Source of the DNA: a virus | Lineage: Duplodnaviria; Caudoviricetes | Virus record (IMG/VR): IMGVR_UViG_3300017902_000306 | Coordinates: 1-64,000 of that record | Reading direction: 5' to 3' (one strand) | Length of the DNA stretch: 64,000 bases | Part shown: one piece after another, positions 63,246 through 64,000 of the stretch | How the letters are laid out: each line of letters starts with the position of its first letter | How positions within the stretch are numbered: position 1 is the stretch's first letter | The notes under the pieces: generated by a model | Seen by the model: only the letters and a program-made list of their open reading frames with translations | Databases searched by the model: none | Told to the model about the DNA's origin: nothing | Made by a program: the position numbers and the translations under genes

Positions 63246-64000
63246 TTTTAATTTATCTCAAGCAGATCACAACATTGCTCGTGCCGTCACAGATATGGTT
63301 CTGGATGACGGTGTTGTTGTTTTCCGCAATCAGAATTTGTCACCCGATGAAGAAGTTGCCTTCTGCAAAATGATTGGTGAGTGCCAAAGATTGCAGAACA
63401 AGCCCGGCGAAAGGGGAGAACACATTGCTGTCAACGATCACATCATTCGGGTAACTGGTGAGAAGAACAATCATGGTGAGCCTGGATTATTTGGACACAC
63501 TTCTGCACTGGACTGGCATGCCAATCAAGCAAGCAGTTATGAACGTGCGCCCTTGATATGGTTGCATGGTGTGAAAGGAACCGCTGGAAGTTGCACTAGT
63601 TGGATTGACATGCAAGCGGCATACAGGGATTTGCCGCAAAGTATTAAAAGAGAATTGGCAGACGTAGAGATTACTTTGGGATACAAGTCTGGTTCCTATT
63701 CTGAGAGTGAGTTCTTTGTTGAACATCATGCTGAGGATAGACCTTTCAAGTTGGTGCATACAAATGATGCGGGCAAGACGGGTCTCTACTTTCCATTCCT
63801 ACAGATATTTGGAATGGTAGGATACGAAGAACATGACTTCAAACAGACGATGGATTGGCTGATAGAACATGTGTTGCAAGATAAGTATAGGTATGATCAC
63901 CATTGGGAAGATGGTGACGTTGTGATTAGTGAACAGTGGTTGACTATCCATAAGAGACATGAGTTCATGGATATGTCTCACAGAGTATTGCACCGTATCG
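63232..64000 (+). CDS. TauD/TfdA-family dioxygenase, truncated at right edge (not in ORF track)
   Basis: Frame open from TTG 63232: GVVVFRNQNLSP, LDWHANQ, SCTSWIDMQAAY.DLP, YDHHWEDGDVVI...TIHKR, RVLHRI. Confidence 0.85.
   Translation, partial: MILSNFNLSQADHNIARAVTDMVLDDGVVVFRNQNLSPDEEVAFCKMIGECQRLQNKPGERGEHIAVNDHIIRVTGEKNNHGEPGLFGHTSALDWHANQASSYERAPLIWLHGVKGTAGSCTSWIDMQAAYRDLPQSIKRELADVEITLGYKSGSYSESEFFVEHHAEDRPFKLVHTNDAGKTGLYFPFLQIFGMVGYEEHDFKQTMDWLIEHVLQDKYRYDHHWEDGDVVISEQWLTIHKRHEFMDMSHRVLHRI

Noticed and set aside
116-63993. The many 60-200-aa ORFs antisense to or out of frame within recognised genes (e.g. 116-421, 35578-36057, 47436-47894, 62535-63134)
   Set aside because: They are shadow ORFs fully overlapping motif-supported genes, with no RBS or recognisable motif.
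1-64000. tRNA, rRNA, IS elements, group I introns, inteins
   Set aside because: No cloverleaf or TTCGA arm in the short intergenic gaps; gp17, gp20, gp23, UvsW, gp46 and gp44 have ordinary lengths with uninterrupted motifs.
1-64000. Alternative genetic code or stop-codon recoding
   Set aside because: All conserved genes read full length under the standard code, with TAA, TAG and TGA all used as stops.

Overview
A 64-kb segment of a large T4-like myovirus (Tevenvirinae-type gene order), not a cellular chromosome. Left to right: baseplate/tail module (3' end of gp5, gp25, PAAR, gp6, gp7, gp8, a 2361-aa VrlC/DUF4815-like protein, fibre-like proteins); an accessory island (glycosyltransferase, two 2OG-Fe(II) oxygenases, a proteobacterial-type alternative oxidase, then six minus-strand genes including four paralogous KWGxKY glycosyltransferase-like proteins); the neck/terminase/tail/head module gp13-gp23; gp3, uvsY, uvsW, gp55; a putative DNA-modification operon at the T4 a-gt position; gp47/gp46; metabolic genes (def, iscU, iscA, peroxiredoxin); a vWA-peptidase/MoxR-CobS pair; gp45, gp44; and a TauD-like gene cut by the right edge. 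TATAAATA late promoters and near-consensus sigma70 promoters are visible. No tRNA, CRISPR array, IS element, intron or intein was recognised. The best non-coding signals are: (i) a stand-alone late transcription unit after gp23 with a glnA-type glutamine riboswitch in front of a 57-aa triple-YRG (DUF4278-like) peptide; (ii) a hairpin RNA whose CU-rich loop is complementary to the leaders of two nearby early genes; (iii) IHF-consensus sites at identical spacing upstream of those two promoters; (iv) a consensus antisense promoter back-to-back with the gp55 promoter. All family assignments are from motif recognition by eye; no database search was run. A marine proteobacterial host is an inference.
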